The notes under the pieces: generated by a model
The model's input: only the letters and a program-made list of their open reading frames with translations
What the model was told of the DNA's origin: nothing
Database searches by the model: none
NCBI RefSeq assembly: GCF_009914755.1
Contig: NC_060941.1
DNA length: 64,000 bases
Direction: 5' to 3' (one strand)
From: the human T2T-CHM13v2.0 reference genome, Homo sapiens
Position numbers and translations under genes: made by a program
Shown: positions 28,320 to 42,427 of the stretch, in pieces
Layout of the letters: every line of letters starts with the position of its first letter
How positions within the stretch are numbered: the first letter of the stretch is position 1

Positions 28320-30559
28320 TAAGTCTCTGCCAGCCTCATCTCTGTCCCAGACTCCAGAAGATAGCAGATCCTGCTCAGGAGCATAGAAGCCCAGAGGTCA
28401 CAAAGACTTCCTCACCAAGCTCCTTTCCTTCCCTCTTCTTGTGGCAGAGCCCCTGAAATGAAATATGAATTTCGCCACCTTTCTGCATAAGCAGAAGTAT
28501 TTATTCTCTTCTTTTCCCCTTTCCTTTTCTTTTTTTCTTTTGAGGTGGGGTCTCACTCTGTCGGTCTCACTTTCCCGCCTTCCACTGGTACCAGCCCTTT
28601 CTGGATCACACCCTTTCTCTTCTTAAGAAGCTGCCTCCTCCCTTCCATCAATGCTCCAGGGGGCTTTTATTTTTCTTTTATTTTCGGCTCCCTATCAATC
28701 AAGGGGAGGGGGACACTTTATCTGAACCTTTGGTGAGCAACAGCAGCAACCGGCAGCTGCCAGGGCAGTGGGAACTTCATTTTCAGCGCTGACGTTTATA
28801 AATGTGGCACAGAGTACCAGTAGGGACTGGAAAAAATCAAACAGCTTCTCCAGAGGTCCCTAGGGGCTGCTTTAGAATTTCTTCTCACTGGGGGCTCCTT
28901 CTCTTTCTTTGCAGGCATGGGTGGGGGTGGGGAATGTTATTTGCAACGTGGAATGAGCCACATTCTTTCCCTATCTTCACAAAAGAACTTAGCAGGACCC
29001 AAGACCCAGGGTGCTGAGGAGTGCGAACATCTGCCTCACTCTTGATTTGGAGAAAGGTTTGGGGTGAGGGGTGGGAATGCTGACTCTGTTGCTTTTTAGT
29101 GATCAGTTGCCTCATCTGCAAAATGGGAGTAAAAATGCCTGCCTGTCCACTTCACGAGGCTGCTGTGAAGATCAAATGAGATGTCTGTGAGTGAGTGCCC
29201 TGAAACCTGCGACAAGCTTAGGCAACCTGGCGGGTGGTTATGAAGGAGCAATGGTGAGGAGCAGAGTTATCCAGCACCCCAGGGCATCTGGAGAGCTTTG
29301 AACGGGCTCTGGGCAGACCTTCCCCGGACTATTCCAGGAACCTCCTCTTTCTCTATCCCTTTAAAAATTCTGGGCTAGGATCCCTGGTGGTCTGTTCCAA
29401 ACACAACTGGAATCGTCCCAATGTCTTCTCTAAACCTTTCTTCCTCTGTCCTTCTAAACAGCAAGAAAATAAATGTGGGCAAGCCTGAGAGGTGAGAGAC
29501 TGAGAGAGAGAAAGTGAGAGAAAGAATAAAGCTAAGATTCCACTTGGAAAAGGGGGCTGCCAAGGATGAGGTGGGAAGTGGGTCGCAGTTGGTTAATATA
29601 ATACCGCGCTGCTGAGAGCTCTGCAGGGGTCCTTTCAAGGTTCTGTATGAGAACCTTGCTTAGTGAGATGAGACCCAGCATGGGCCCAGCAATCCCACTT
29701 CCTTTACATTCTCTAAATTTTCCAGATGCTGCACACAACCCTTCACCTGCTTTCTGGCGTTTCTGTGGATTTCACTCCTACCCAGGCTGTGGTTGGGAGC
29801 CAAGGGGCAGACAGGATGCTGGCAATGCCTAGAGCCCTTCCCTGACTCCCATCAGGACTGCAATGATCTGTACAGTATTTTCTCCTAAGTCATTTCCTAT
29901 ACGTAGCAAGATTCCACCCAGCTTCACTCCCCAGAGGCAACTAGTGTTGCCAGTTTCTTACTATCCTCATAGACAGAAAATTTATTTTCTATAAATATTT
30001 GTTCAACACTTTATTTATAGAGGTTAGGCACCACAAAAAGGAAGGATGAACAGAGGACCATGCCTGTCTGTGGATCTGAGCAATTCAGTGCTGGTGGGCA
30101 ATTGCTGCCCATTCATTGAAACAAAAGCTGTAAGCAGGACCCACTCTTAGTGGAAAGCAATTAACCTTGGGAGGTCACAGCCTGCACCTGCACCTTATCA
30201 AAATATTCCTTCTTTAAAACAAATATAGTGATTCCCTAAAAAACATTCTAGACAGCAAGATGCTCTTCTAAGGTATTCCAATTCATGATGACGCTTTAGG
30301 GTTCCATGTATATTGGCCCCTCAGACAAAGCCTGGCTGGTCCACGCCTAAATCTAGCTCTAAGAGTGGCTATCAAGAGATTCTCACTCTTGCTCCCTAGG
30401 AGGTAGGTGGTCATCCTTGTTGACAATTGCCACTGTCTTTTTTCACCCTAGGCATCTGGGGAGGAAGGCATGAAGGAAATGAGAGACCAGTACACATGCA
30501 GAAGATACTGCAGAGCTTAGATATTCTAGGAGCTAGTACTCTGATTGCAACCAAGTTCA

Positions 30560-31600
30560 GAAGCTTGGCAATGACAGGCTGAGTTATTTGGACCGATTAT
30601 CCCAGTAAAAAGAATGAAAAATGCTAGATAAAATATCAACAACATCTTAAAAGCCTTGAAGAGTTAATAAAATAGTAAGGAATTAACAGGCCAACATGGA
30701 AGAGAAAACTAGAGGATGCATAGAAATCACTTTTCCGTTAAAGAGCATCTGTCAATTCTTGCAAATCTGAACTTTCATTTTGATGGTCTGGTAGAGTAAG
30801 GGGGTTGGAAATCCAAGCCCAGTGCCTGCTCATTGTGGAGACTGTAGTAGAAGATTCTCCCCTCAATATGCTGAGACCCCCAAAGGGCTACACCATCAGG
30901 GTAAGGGTAAACCAAAGTAAGCTAGCCCCATTCACATTGCCTGGGTACTCCAGGGAACCTCAGGCTGGCAACTGGGTTTAGATGGTTGTGCCGCTGATGC
31001 CTGGCAGAAATAAACACAATGTGGTGTAAAAGAAGGCACTTTCATAAGAAAATAATTCCAATATATTTGTTCAAGCACAGCTACCAGAATATTGTTAAAG
31101 ACAGCCAAGCCTATAAGAAAATAAGGCTCCATGAGTGAGACTCAGAGAAACAAGAGACAAAATAAAAAATTCGTGAGGACTTCACACATTAAAATGATCA
31201 TACGTAGACTATAATACAATCATGCTTACTGCAGTCAAATAAATAAAAGACAAGCTTGAAAATATTTGCAGGGACAGGAAATTATGCAAGGTAACAAAAT
31301 GGACTAAAGATATAGTAACAGCAATTAAAACTCAACTCATTAATTTAAAAACAGCTTAGATGCAGTGGAACAGAGAGTTAGCAAAGTAGAAGATAATAAG
31401 GAGAAATTACCTGGAACACAGCATAGAGATTAAAAAAAAAAGAGGGGAGAATAGAGAAGATAAGAGATACAGCATGCAGAGATCTATTGTATGTATTTTG
31501 CAGAAAGAGGGGGAAGAATGAATAGGGCAGAGGAACGTATTTGAAGAGATAATGGCTGAGTTTTCCAAAGCACATGAAAGACACCAGTCTACAGATTCAA
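30560..31600 (+). mobile_element. Ancient L1M/HAL1 5' region with ORF1 remnants
   Basis: A-rich sense sequence with degenerate ORF1-like motifs (ATTTGAAGAGATAATGGCTGAG, CTACAGATTCAAGA). Confidence 0.55.
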
Positions 31601-31910
31601 GAGGTGTGAAATTCCAAACATGACAGTCCTGTCTAAACCAGCAGCCAGGTGAGAGAGGAGGGAGGGGTACAGCTGAGCCTTCCCAGCTCTAGCATGCTTA
31701 AACTTCCCATAAAAACCCCAGTGAGAAGAAAAAGCTCTAGGCTTCTCAACAAGAAGCAAAGCCTTCTGGCTTTGGCACCAAAGATTCCCTGGCTCTTCTA
31801 GGCCTTTCTCCCTTTTCCACTGCCTCAAGGCCTCTTCCCTAGCTAGGTCCTGGTTTCCTATTATCCATCCATGAAGGTCTTCCCTTATTTTTATTTAGTT
31901 ATGTTCTTAC

Positions 31911-32014
31911 TCTCTCTCTCTCTTTCCTTCTTTCTTCTCCTTCTTCTCCTCCTTCTCCTCCTTCTCTTTCTCCTTCTTCTTCTTCTTCTTCTTCTTCTTC
32001 TTCTTCCTTTTTTT
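31911..32014. repeat. ~104-nt pure pyrimidine tract including (CTT)11, tail of an antisense Alu monomer (32015-32133)
   Basis: Read directly. Confidence 0.9.
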
Positions 32015-35000
32015 AGAGACAAGGTCTTGCTATGTTTCCCAGGCTGGACTCAAACTCCTGGGCTTAAGTGATCCTCCAATCTCGGCCTCCAGAGTAGCTG
32101 GGACTACTGATGCATGCCACAATACCACGCTAGGCTTTACCTTAAACCTCTCTTTCTCTCTTGACTTCAAAGGAAGGAAGGGGACCCAAGGCAGAAACAG
32201 AAAAAAGAACAGAATAAGAAACAGTGAGAAAAAAGAGTAAGAAAGATGTGTCTGCAGGCATCGTGGCCGAGAGATGGGCCAGACTGGCTTAGGGGCCAGT
32301 CTGGAGGCAACAAGCAGAAGGTGGGCACTGAAGAAGGCTTAGAAGTTGTTATCCAGAATTCTGCTTTCCTTTCCTCCTTTTTCTCAGGCTTCCCTTGGAT
32401 TCTCTGCCTCCATGACCCTATGGCTGGCGGGATAGTGTGGGGAAGACCTGAGTTTGCATATCTGTCTATGTTCCCTAATAAACAGCGAAATCAGCAGGTC
32501 TGGCTGCAGAGCTAGGAGGGGAAGACCACATCTACCCAGAAAGGAGACTACTAGAGGGCCCAATGCTGGAGTTAATCTTCCTGCATGCTGCTGAATTTTT
32601 GTTGCCCTGTTACCTATCAAGCCAATCCAGCTCATGCAAAAGCTGTTTACTTTTCCTGCTCCCAATTTCCACTCTTTCCCCAACTCCCCACTTTAGGGTA
32701 TAGTGATATCCAGGCTGTGAGGCACAAGAAAGACATGGAAATGCATCTCTGCAGAGAAGGGAGGGAAAGCTGCCAACAGGGGACACATACCTCGTCTCCA
32801 TCCCAGACACACCCTCACCTCCACAGAGAAACAGGACCACTTCTGAGCACTCTGATTTCTCATTTTTCCCACTGCCTGCTGAGCTTTAATGGGGCCTTCT
32901 CCAAAAGCCTAGGGGTAGAAATATACACACTCGGATGTACATGTGTATGAAGACACCACTTAATGAATACCTGGGGATATTTTGGGGCACCACAGTCAGA
33001 TAAGTGTGCAAATATGGACATGTCTTTATGTAGGATTGACAGAGAAAGACCTGGAAATAAGGCTAAGAAGATTCCATTGTTTACCTGCTGGGAAGTTTCG
33101 CCTGGAGACAGATGAAAGCCACTCCACCCTCCTTTTCCTTTTGTCTCAGTGCATTTCCTTTTGTCCCAGTGAGGTCTGAGGGTGCTCATTCACGAGTTTA
33201 TCCTGCCTGCCCCTCACTTCCAGGCTAAATCATGACTTTGTATTTTCTCGAGGTTATGGTCTTAGTTCCCAAGACTTTTCTTATTTTCTGCCCTCCCCTG
33301 GAGTCTGCCTAGCAACTGTACTCTTGTATCTTGAGGGAGAAGCATTGACTCTAATATATGTCATTTAACAAATACAAAGGAAGCAGAAACCAGGGTCTCT
33401 GGGTGTTCAATCCCCTCCACCTCCTGGTCTGAAGGTGGGTGCTGTCCTGGGCACTCACAGAGGGCGCTGTCAGCCTTTGATAAACCTTGCTGGGCCAGCC
33501 CAGAACAGGCATCTCGCCCTCCCTGAACACCCAATAGCAGACAGCTAGAGAGCTTTGTGACTCGAGGGCACCTATGAGAGCCAGAGAAACTCACTACCTA
33601 TCAGTAAACAGGAGGGGGTGCCTTCTTATTCCCAAATGTCTCCTACACACCATGGAATACTATGCAGCCGTCAGGGAGAAGGTGCCCACTCGGTATGACT
33701 GATGTGGATTGCCAAGATAAAGAAAATGAAAACACCAGGGTGTTCTTGTACCCTACTTTTGAGATGAATAAAAGAGAATATACTGTATATGTTTGTCTAC
33801 CCATGAACATCTCTGGAAGGACACAAAAGAAAATAGCAACAGCGTTGCTTGCATCTGATGAGGAGAACTAAGCAGCTGAGGATAGGGTGGAAACAGACGT
33901 CCTTTCCACAGTGGTCTCTTTCGTACACTATGTTGTTCTATATGTATGTATTACCTACAAAAAAATGACAATGAAAAGAAGGCTTTTTCTCCTTAAAGAG
34001 CTTGGGGGAAGGCAGGCATGCAAACAATTACAATGCAATATGCTCAGTGTTATTGAGATGCGCAGGGTGGGAAGGGAGTATAGGAGAGAGACTGTCTAAG
34101 GGGGCTTGGGGGTGTCGGGGAATTTGGAAGAATCACACCGAATGCTAAAACCTCTCTAGGCTCAGCGTTGCCCGGGCATAAAGGACACAGTGAGAAGGGA
34201 CCTGAGACGAAGCTGCAAGAGCAGGTAGAGGCCAGAGTGTGAACCGCCTTGTGTGCCAAGCTAAAGAATTTAGATTTTATCCTAATAGGAAATAGGCAGC
34301 TATTAAATAATTTTCAGCAGGGAGTGACCAGTTCAGATTTGCTGTTTAGAGAGATGACTCTGGCAGGGATGCGGAGGATAGATTAAGAGGGGCTAGGATG
34401 GGGCGGGGAGAAATGTTTTGAGGTTAATGCAATAATTTAGGTAAGAGATGGTGGGTAGGTGACCCCGGGGGCAAAGGGAGGGAGGATGGCAGAGAAGAGA
34501 TTAAACCTGAGACTCGAACTGGGCCAGCGATGTGTATAGAGACCACGCACAAAGCCTGCTCTGCCGCTCTCTGTTTTCTCACGCTGGCATCCTCTGCACA
34601 TTTGGATGCCCCAGATGCCCCAGCAGCTGGCAGGATGGGTCCAGGGAGCCCTTCCTGGTCTGCCTGCCTGCCTCCTTGCCCCAGGCTCCTTGGCAAAGCA
34701 GAGCAGGGAAAAGAGAACAGAAGCGTTTCCCTCGCCATCCAACTCCTAGGTCTCTCATTTATTCCTTGCTCTCTCCGGATTCGGGTCCTCTCATTATTTC
34801 TGATCTGTACAGCTTGCCGCTTCCCTGGCTCAGCTCTCCCACCCCCGTCTGCAAAGTGTCAATCAAGCCATCAGATGAGCAGCTCAGCCTCATATCCTCA
34901 GCGTCTCTGCCCCAGGACACGAGAAGCGATTGCTGACACACACAAGCAGCAAGGTGTAAGGCTGCTGGCTCTCCCTTTAATAGTCTTCCGATCCAGAATG

Positions 35001-36323
35001 GGTGTTAAAATGGAATTTGAGTGGATAGCGTCTCTCTGCCTGTCCCTGTCAGGACAGCCGCAAGGACGGGCAACCCTGAGAGAAGGGGAAGCCTTCAGAA
35101 GTCGATTCGCTTTTCATTTCAAGGTTGGGCCATGGCCAGTGTCTGCTTTCGGAGGAGCTGTTTGAAATTGTTAATGAGAAGCAGAATGCTTGAGTCCAGG
35201 AATCCAGGGCAGCCTTGTGAAGTAGGGATGGGGAAATGGAATTGTCATTTTATCTCTGAAGGGATATTGTATTAAACAAAGTGGGGGTGGGGGTATGGGA
35301 TACAGAGACGCTTTGTAGCTTCCCTGGAGGACTGAACAATAAGAAATATCGAGGGCAGCAGGAAGAACTGAGATTAGAACAAAGAGTGAAATTCCCCAGG
35401 CCCTGGAACCAGGGGCCAGGGAGATTTGAAGCATCTGCTTCCCCGGGGGCTTGCTCCTTCTTTTACAAATTGTGAATGGATGTGTGGTTTTTATAGAATG
35501 TGGCAACTAATGAGCATGAAGCTCAATTACTCCACCAAGTTCTCTTTCGATTTTTGATCGCACGTACACAGAACACTTGGTTGCAGTGTGTGTGTGTGTG
35601 TCTGTTTGTGTTCTGCTTGCCTTTCTCAGGGTTATCTCATACACACATTTCTGCATAGCAGAGTCCAGCTTGTTATTTGGAATAGCTACGTAGTATTCCA
35701 TTGTGCCAGCGAGCCAGAGCTTGTTCAGCCATTCCTTGTGGTTGAGTTATTTCCCATTTTTTTATATTGTAAAAGCACAGATATCAATATCTTCATACCT
35801 TTGTCTCCCCTTGGGATATGGTTCCCCAGGTTGAATTTCTAGGTCAGAAGGTTTGAGCTGTTTTACCCGGATTGCTGTGTATTGCCTCAGCCACCTCCAG
35901 GAGATCCTGACAACCCAAATTGCCACCCTCCTCTATCTCTGTCCCCACAGCACTGACAACATAAGAGATTGTCATTTTTATTTATTTTTGCTAATTTAAT
36001 AGGCACATAATAGTACCTTGAAGTTATTTAATTCCCATTTCTTTCATTGCTAGTGAGACTGGGCACACTTCCATGTGAGGATTTATTGTCTGCTTTTCCT
36101 TGTACGTAAACTGTTCATCTCCTCTGACATCTTATCAAGAGAAATCTGGGGGCTGATCTTATATATTTATATCAAGCCTTTACATACTCAGATAGTACAT
36201 TTTTCTCGGTTATGTCAGCCATTTTTTATTCTGGGGAGCTGTCCAGTTGTGATGTGGATGCTGGCCTGTTCCGGGGGGTGGGAGTGGCATATGGAGTTGT
36301 GAGGATTTCTGGACTCTTGAAAT

Positions 36324-36331
<8 letters not shown>

Positions 36332-36373
<42 letters not shown>
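36332..36373. repeat. (AT)21 microsatellite
   Basis: Read directly. Confidence 0.95.
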
Positions 36374-36375
<2 letters not shown>

Positions 36376-36439
36376 TGGGGTTTTTTTTTTTTAGAAGAAA
36401 AAAAAGCCAAGCATGGTAGGTTTTGCTTGTAACCTAGCA

Positions 36440-37010
<571 letters not shown>

Positions 37011-37359
37011 AGATAAAGAAAAATCCAGTCCGATGGCACCTCCTCTCTGGGCTCCTGTTTTCCTAAGAACAAAAGGGCTAGGCTGAGAGGACAGCCAGTT
37101 GCCAAGATCAGTCTGGGGGATTACTTGTGGAATGAGAAGCATTGCTGGCGGCCTTGGCAGGCCACTGTAAGGAGGCAGGGCAGCTCCCTGTAGTCATGTG
37201 GGTTTCCTGGACCATTATTTTCTCCCACTCATTGTGGGAGAAATAGCAAAATATTGAAATCGGAATCATCATTACAAGTTCTGACTCATCCTCAGTAAAG
37301 CACAGTGGTTAAAGGAACGGATTCTGGGGCAGACAGACCTAGGTTCACAGTTCAGTGTC

Positions 37360-37683
<324 letters not shown>

Positions 37684-37762
37684 CAGTGTCTTTGTATACC
37701 AGGGGTGTTGCTTTGGGTAAGATAGAATCTCTCTAAGCCTTCACGTCTTCAGCCATTAAGTA

Positions 37763-38631
37763 ATATTTTGGTTATGGCTGTGTAAAAAACCTCCCCAAAA
37801 TGTTGTGGCTGAAAACAACAACCATTTTATTCTGTTTCATGGTTTTGTGGATCAGGAATGAAGCTTGACTGGGTGATTCTTCTGCACTATGCAGCATCAA
37901 TTGGGTCACTTGGTACTATTTGGCTGGTGCTAGGCTGGGCTGGAGGAACCAAGATGACTTCACTTTTCTTTGAGACAAGGTCTTGCTATGTTGCACAGGT
38001 TTGTCTGGAACTCCTGGCCTCAAGCGATCCTTCCTGACTCAGCCTCCCAAACCAAGATAACTTCATTCTTATATAGAGTTCTCCACCTGGTCCCAGGTCC
38101 TCTCCATGTGAACTCTCCCATAGGGTGCCTGCACTTCTAACATGGTGGCTCAGGGCTCAGAGAGTAAGGGCTCCTTGGCCAGGTGCGGTGGCTCATGCCT
38201 GTAACCCCAGCACTTTGGGAGGCCGAGGTGGTCGGATCATGAGGTCAGGAGTTCGAGACCAGCCTGGCCAATATGGTGAAACCCCGTCTCTACTAAAAAT
38301 ATGAAAAATTAGCTGGGTGTAGTGGCGCTCGCCTGTAGGCCCAGCTACTCGGGAAGCTGAGGCAGAAGAATCGCTTGAACCCACGAGTCAGAGGTTGCAG
38401 TGAGCCAAGATAGTGCCACTGCTCTCCTGCCTGGATGACAAAACGAGACTCCCTCTCAAAAAAAAAAAAAAAGTAAGGGCTCCAACATAAGAAGAGGAAG
38501 CTGCCAGTCTCTTTAGGGCTGTGCCAGAAAGTGTCATGGTATCACTTTTGCCATATTTTATGGGTCAAGCAGTCACAGAGTCTGTGATAGAAGGAGTGAA
38601 AAAGAATTTGGGGCCATCCTTAATCTGCCAA
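37763..38631. mobile_element. MLT1-type MaLR LTR interrupted by an Alu monomer (~37965-38050) and AluS (+, 38177-38472)
   Basis: GTGGCTGAAAACAACAACCATTTTATT, CCAAGATGACTTCACT, TCACTTTTGCCATATTTTATGGGTCAAGCAGTCAC; Alu TSD AGTAAGGGCTCC. Confidence 0.65.
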
Positions 38632-38654
38632 AAGTAGGCATAAAAATACTCCTA

Positions 38655-38968
38655 AGCCAGGTGCAGTGTCTCACACCTGTAATCCAAGCTTTTGGGAGGA
38701 TGAGGTGGGAGGATTGTATGAGTCCAGGAGTTCGAGACCAGCCTGAGCAACACAGTGAGCCCTCGTCTCTACAAAAAATAAACAAAATTAGCTGAGCATG
38801 GTGGCATGCGTTTGTAGTTTCAGCTACTCGGGCGGCTGAGGTAGGAGGACCCCTTGAGCCCAGGAAGTGGAGGCTACAGTGAGCCGAGTTCGTGCCACTG
38901 CACTCCAGCCTGCGTGACAGTGAGATCCCAGAGATCCTCTCAAAAACCAAAACTTCAAAAACAAAAAC
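38655..38968 (+). mobile_element. AluJ
   Basis: Sense dimer. Confidence 0.88.
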
Positions 38969-39014
38969 CCGCAGAAACTCCTAGGGCTATGAGGAGTAAA
39001 TGAGATAACTCATG

Positions 39015-39190
39015 CAGAGGCAAATTTACCATGAAGCAAATGAAACTTCAACCATGGGGGTCCTTAATTGAACAGTTTCTTCCACATCCGGGCATCTAAT
39101 TTTGTATTAATAATTCTCCTTTTTTCTTTTTCTCAAAGAGTACCCTCGAACTGTATGACAATCAAGCCCTACCCAAATGCCAGTATCAGT
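39015..39190 (+). mobile_element. hAT DNA transposon remnant, MER69A-like
   Basis: CAGAGGCAAATTTACCATGAAGCAAATGAA..CTAATTTTGTATT resembles the recalled MER69A consensus. Confidence 0.5.
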
Positions 39191-39599
39191 ACTTACTAAG
39201 CATACTGCCTGGGACAGAGAGATGCTCAACACGGGGCCCCTCCAGGCACTGGGCTGGCCTGGTCCCCTCTCTGTGGCTGAGGAGAGGGCTCCTCCTCTCA
39301 CTCTGCCCTTTCTGTCTTTTCAGGATCATTTCTTCTTTCTTCAAAATGAAAGTAAAACATGCTGGGAATAATTTCATAATTACAAAACTGCCCTCCCAAT
39401 TGGCCCCTGCCTCTACCCCCTGACCTCACCACCCACCAGGGAGGTGGGTCTTATTCTGGGCATCGTGCCAAGTTCTTAGCGGGGCCCTCTAGAATCTCTA
39501 AAGCAAATCAGGCTGAAGAGGGGAAAACCAGCAGGGGGAGGCAGCATTCCCGGTGCCCAGTATGGTCTAGGAGGCATTGAAATTCCAGGGCCGAAGTCC

Positions 39600-39943
39600 T
39601 GAGACAAAGATCATAATGAGACAGGAAGGTGGCAAAGGAAGGAGCCCATTTGCATGACAATAATTGAGCCAAGAATAGAAAGCCACAGGGATGCAAGGGT
39701 GAGGCTGGCGGCTGAGCTGGGCTAAACCTCACAAATCAGACTACCCAGCTCTGCTCCGCAGGGGAAGGGAGACTGAGCCCTGGGCCAGGCTTGGCAGAGA
39801 GGGAAGCGGGAGGACACGACCCCAGGGCATTGTGGGAACACTGGCCAGGCTGGACTTTGCCTTCCTCCTCGTCCTTTAGCCGGGAGCCTGTCTTTGCTTG
39901 CCTTTGCCTTTGAGGCTCTGTGGCTGTGGGGCTGAGTGGCATC
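39600..39943 (+). promoter_or_regulatory. PIPOX: PIPOX proximal promoter/5' UTR with OCT-SOX composite (39648-39662) and HNF4-type DR1 (39851-39863)
   Basis: ATTTGCATGACAAT; TGGACTTTGCCTT (reverse complement AAGGCAAAGTCCA). Confidence 0.7.
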
Positions 39944-40057
39944 ATGGCGGCTCAGAAAGATCTCTGGGACGCCATTGTGATTGGGGCGGGGATCCAGGGC
40001 TGCTTCACTGCATACCACCTGGCCAAACACAGGAAGAGGATCCTCCTGCTGGAGCAG
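39944..40057 (+). CDS. PIPOX: Peroxisomal sarcosine/L-pipecolate oxidase, exon 1 (MAAQKD...LLEQ; FAD-binding GAGIQG)
   Basis: Kozak ATCATGG; 114 nt; GxGxxG Rossmann motif; donor CAG|GTACTG. Confidence 0.97.
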
Positions 40058-41194
40058 GTACTGTGTCCCTTCTGCACCCCCAGCTGTAAGGACTGTCCTA
40101 CCCTCCTCCCCTGCAGAAGGGTTTTCAGAGCCAGCAGGCTACAGGGCAAGGCCAAAGGGACTGAATCATCAAAAATTCTGTGTAATTTGTATCTTAGCTG
40201 CCTAGTGTGTTTCATGGCAATTCAAAGAAGTTTCACATCCCTCATACCCACATTGGGTTTCTAGGCACATTTCCTCTTTCTACTGCTTCCCAGTTCCTGC
40301 CCTTGACCAAGCGTCCTAGGCCCTGTTCTCTTCCTTCTCACTACTCTTTCCCTTCTGTGCCCAAATGGTTGATCCCCACCCCAGAAAAATAATTGGTTCT
40401 GCTCTAGGTAACCTAAAGTAAAGATAATTTTGCCTAGAGGCAAAGGTTGATTTATCAGCCTAAGAGGTAGGATTCTGTCTTGCATATTCCTGGCCTCTCA
40501 CACCAGAACCCAGCAGAAGCTTCTGTTTTTTTTTTTTATTTTTTATTTTTTGCCACCTCCAGATAATAGCAGCCTCCTTGTTTGACACATGATAAGTGAG
40601 ACTGAGGCCTTATTTTTCCTGCTACGCAGTGCAGTCTGCAGTGACCACTGCATATGTGGGTGGGCCCTGTGTGTCTGCAGGGTCCTTCGAGGACAGGGCC
40701 ACCCAGCTATCCACTGCAGTGGACTCTCCCTTTCCATTCTGCCTGCAGCTACCCAGGCTGGCTATGGTTTGCTCTTCTTGGTAATGAGCCAGAGTAGTTA
40801 GAAACCTTCTTCATTTCTCTATCAGTTTTCTCAAAGCCCAAGGGATTCCTGGTTCATCCTCTCAGGAAACTCATTGTTGCTGAATCCTGAGGTGGTTCTC
40901 TTACCCTGAGTGATCTGTAGCCACAGAGAAATAAAGTCAGCATCAGTTTCCTTGTTCATAAAATGAAGGGGCTGGAGTAGTTGAACTGGAAGGTTTTTTC
41001 TAATTTTGCTTCTTTGTGAATCTAAGTGAGGTGAGATTGCAGCAGGATGGTTGAAGACTAGCTAACAAAAGAACTTCTGGATGTGAACAACGTTAGCAAA
41101 AAGGAAGCCTAAGTTAGTGCTATTGAAGAACTTCTATCTTGATTGCCAAGTCAGTAAATTGGTCATAAAGAGAGAATTTGGAAAGATTGTGTGA

Positions 41195-41435
<241 letters not shown>

Positions 41436-41576
41436 CATAATCCTTCCCCAGATTGTGTGGAAATATTTGAAGGATAAATGGCTCCTGGTTGACAGCACAT
41501 GCTGATATGGCTCTTAACAGGGGATGCAGTGTGAGGGGTAATGGCTTCCATCATCTCTCTTGTTTTCCACTTCCAG

Positions 41577-41725
41577 TTCTTTCTACCACACTCCCGAGGA
41601 AGCTCCCATGGACAAAGCCGGATAATCCGAAAGGCGTACCTGGAAGACTTTTACACCCGGATGATGCATGAGTGCTATCAGATATGGGCCCAGCTGGAGC
41701 ACGAGGCTGGAACCCAATTGCACAG
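41577..41725 (+). CDS. PIPOX: PIPOX exon 2 ([18 protein letters not shown]...QLH)
   Basis: Acceptor TTCCAG|, donor AG|GTGGGC; 149 nt, phase 0/2; MSOX-family GSSHGxSRIIR motif. Confidence 0.97.
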
Positions 41726-41790
41726 GTGGGCTGTGGGAGGAATTCCTTGAATCGTGGGGCTCTGCACCTGCAGGTACTTTTAGTGTGTGA

Positions 41791-42427
<637 letters not shown>

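Noticed and set aside
31871-32071. Poly-Leu, signal-peptide-like ORF
   Set aside because: Translation of the (CTT)n tract and an Alu monomer.
34530-35165. 211-aa ORF
   Set aside because: No domain, no exon-like splice signals, and overlapping ORFs of similar quality in other frames.
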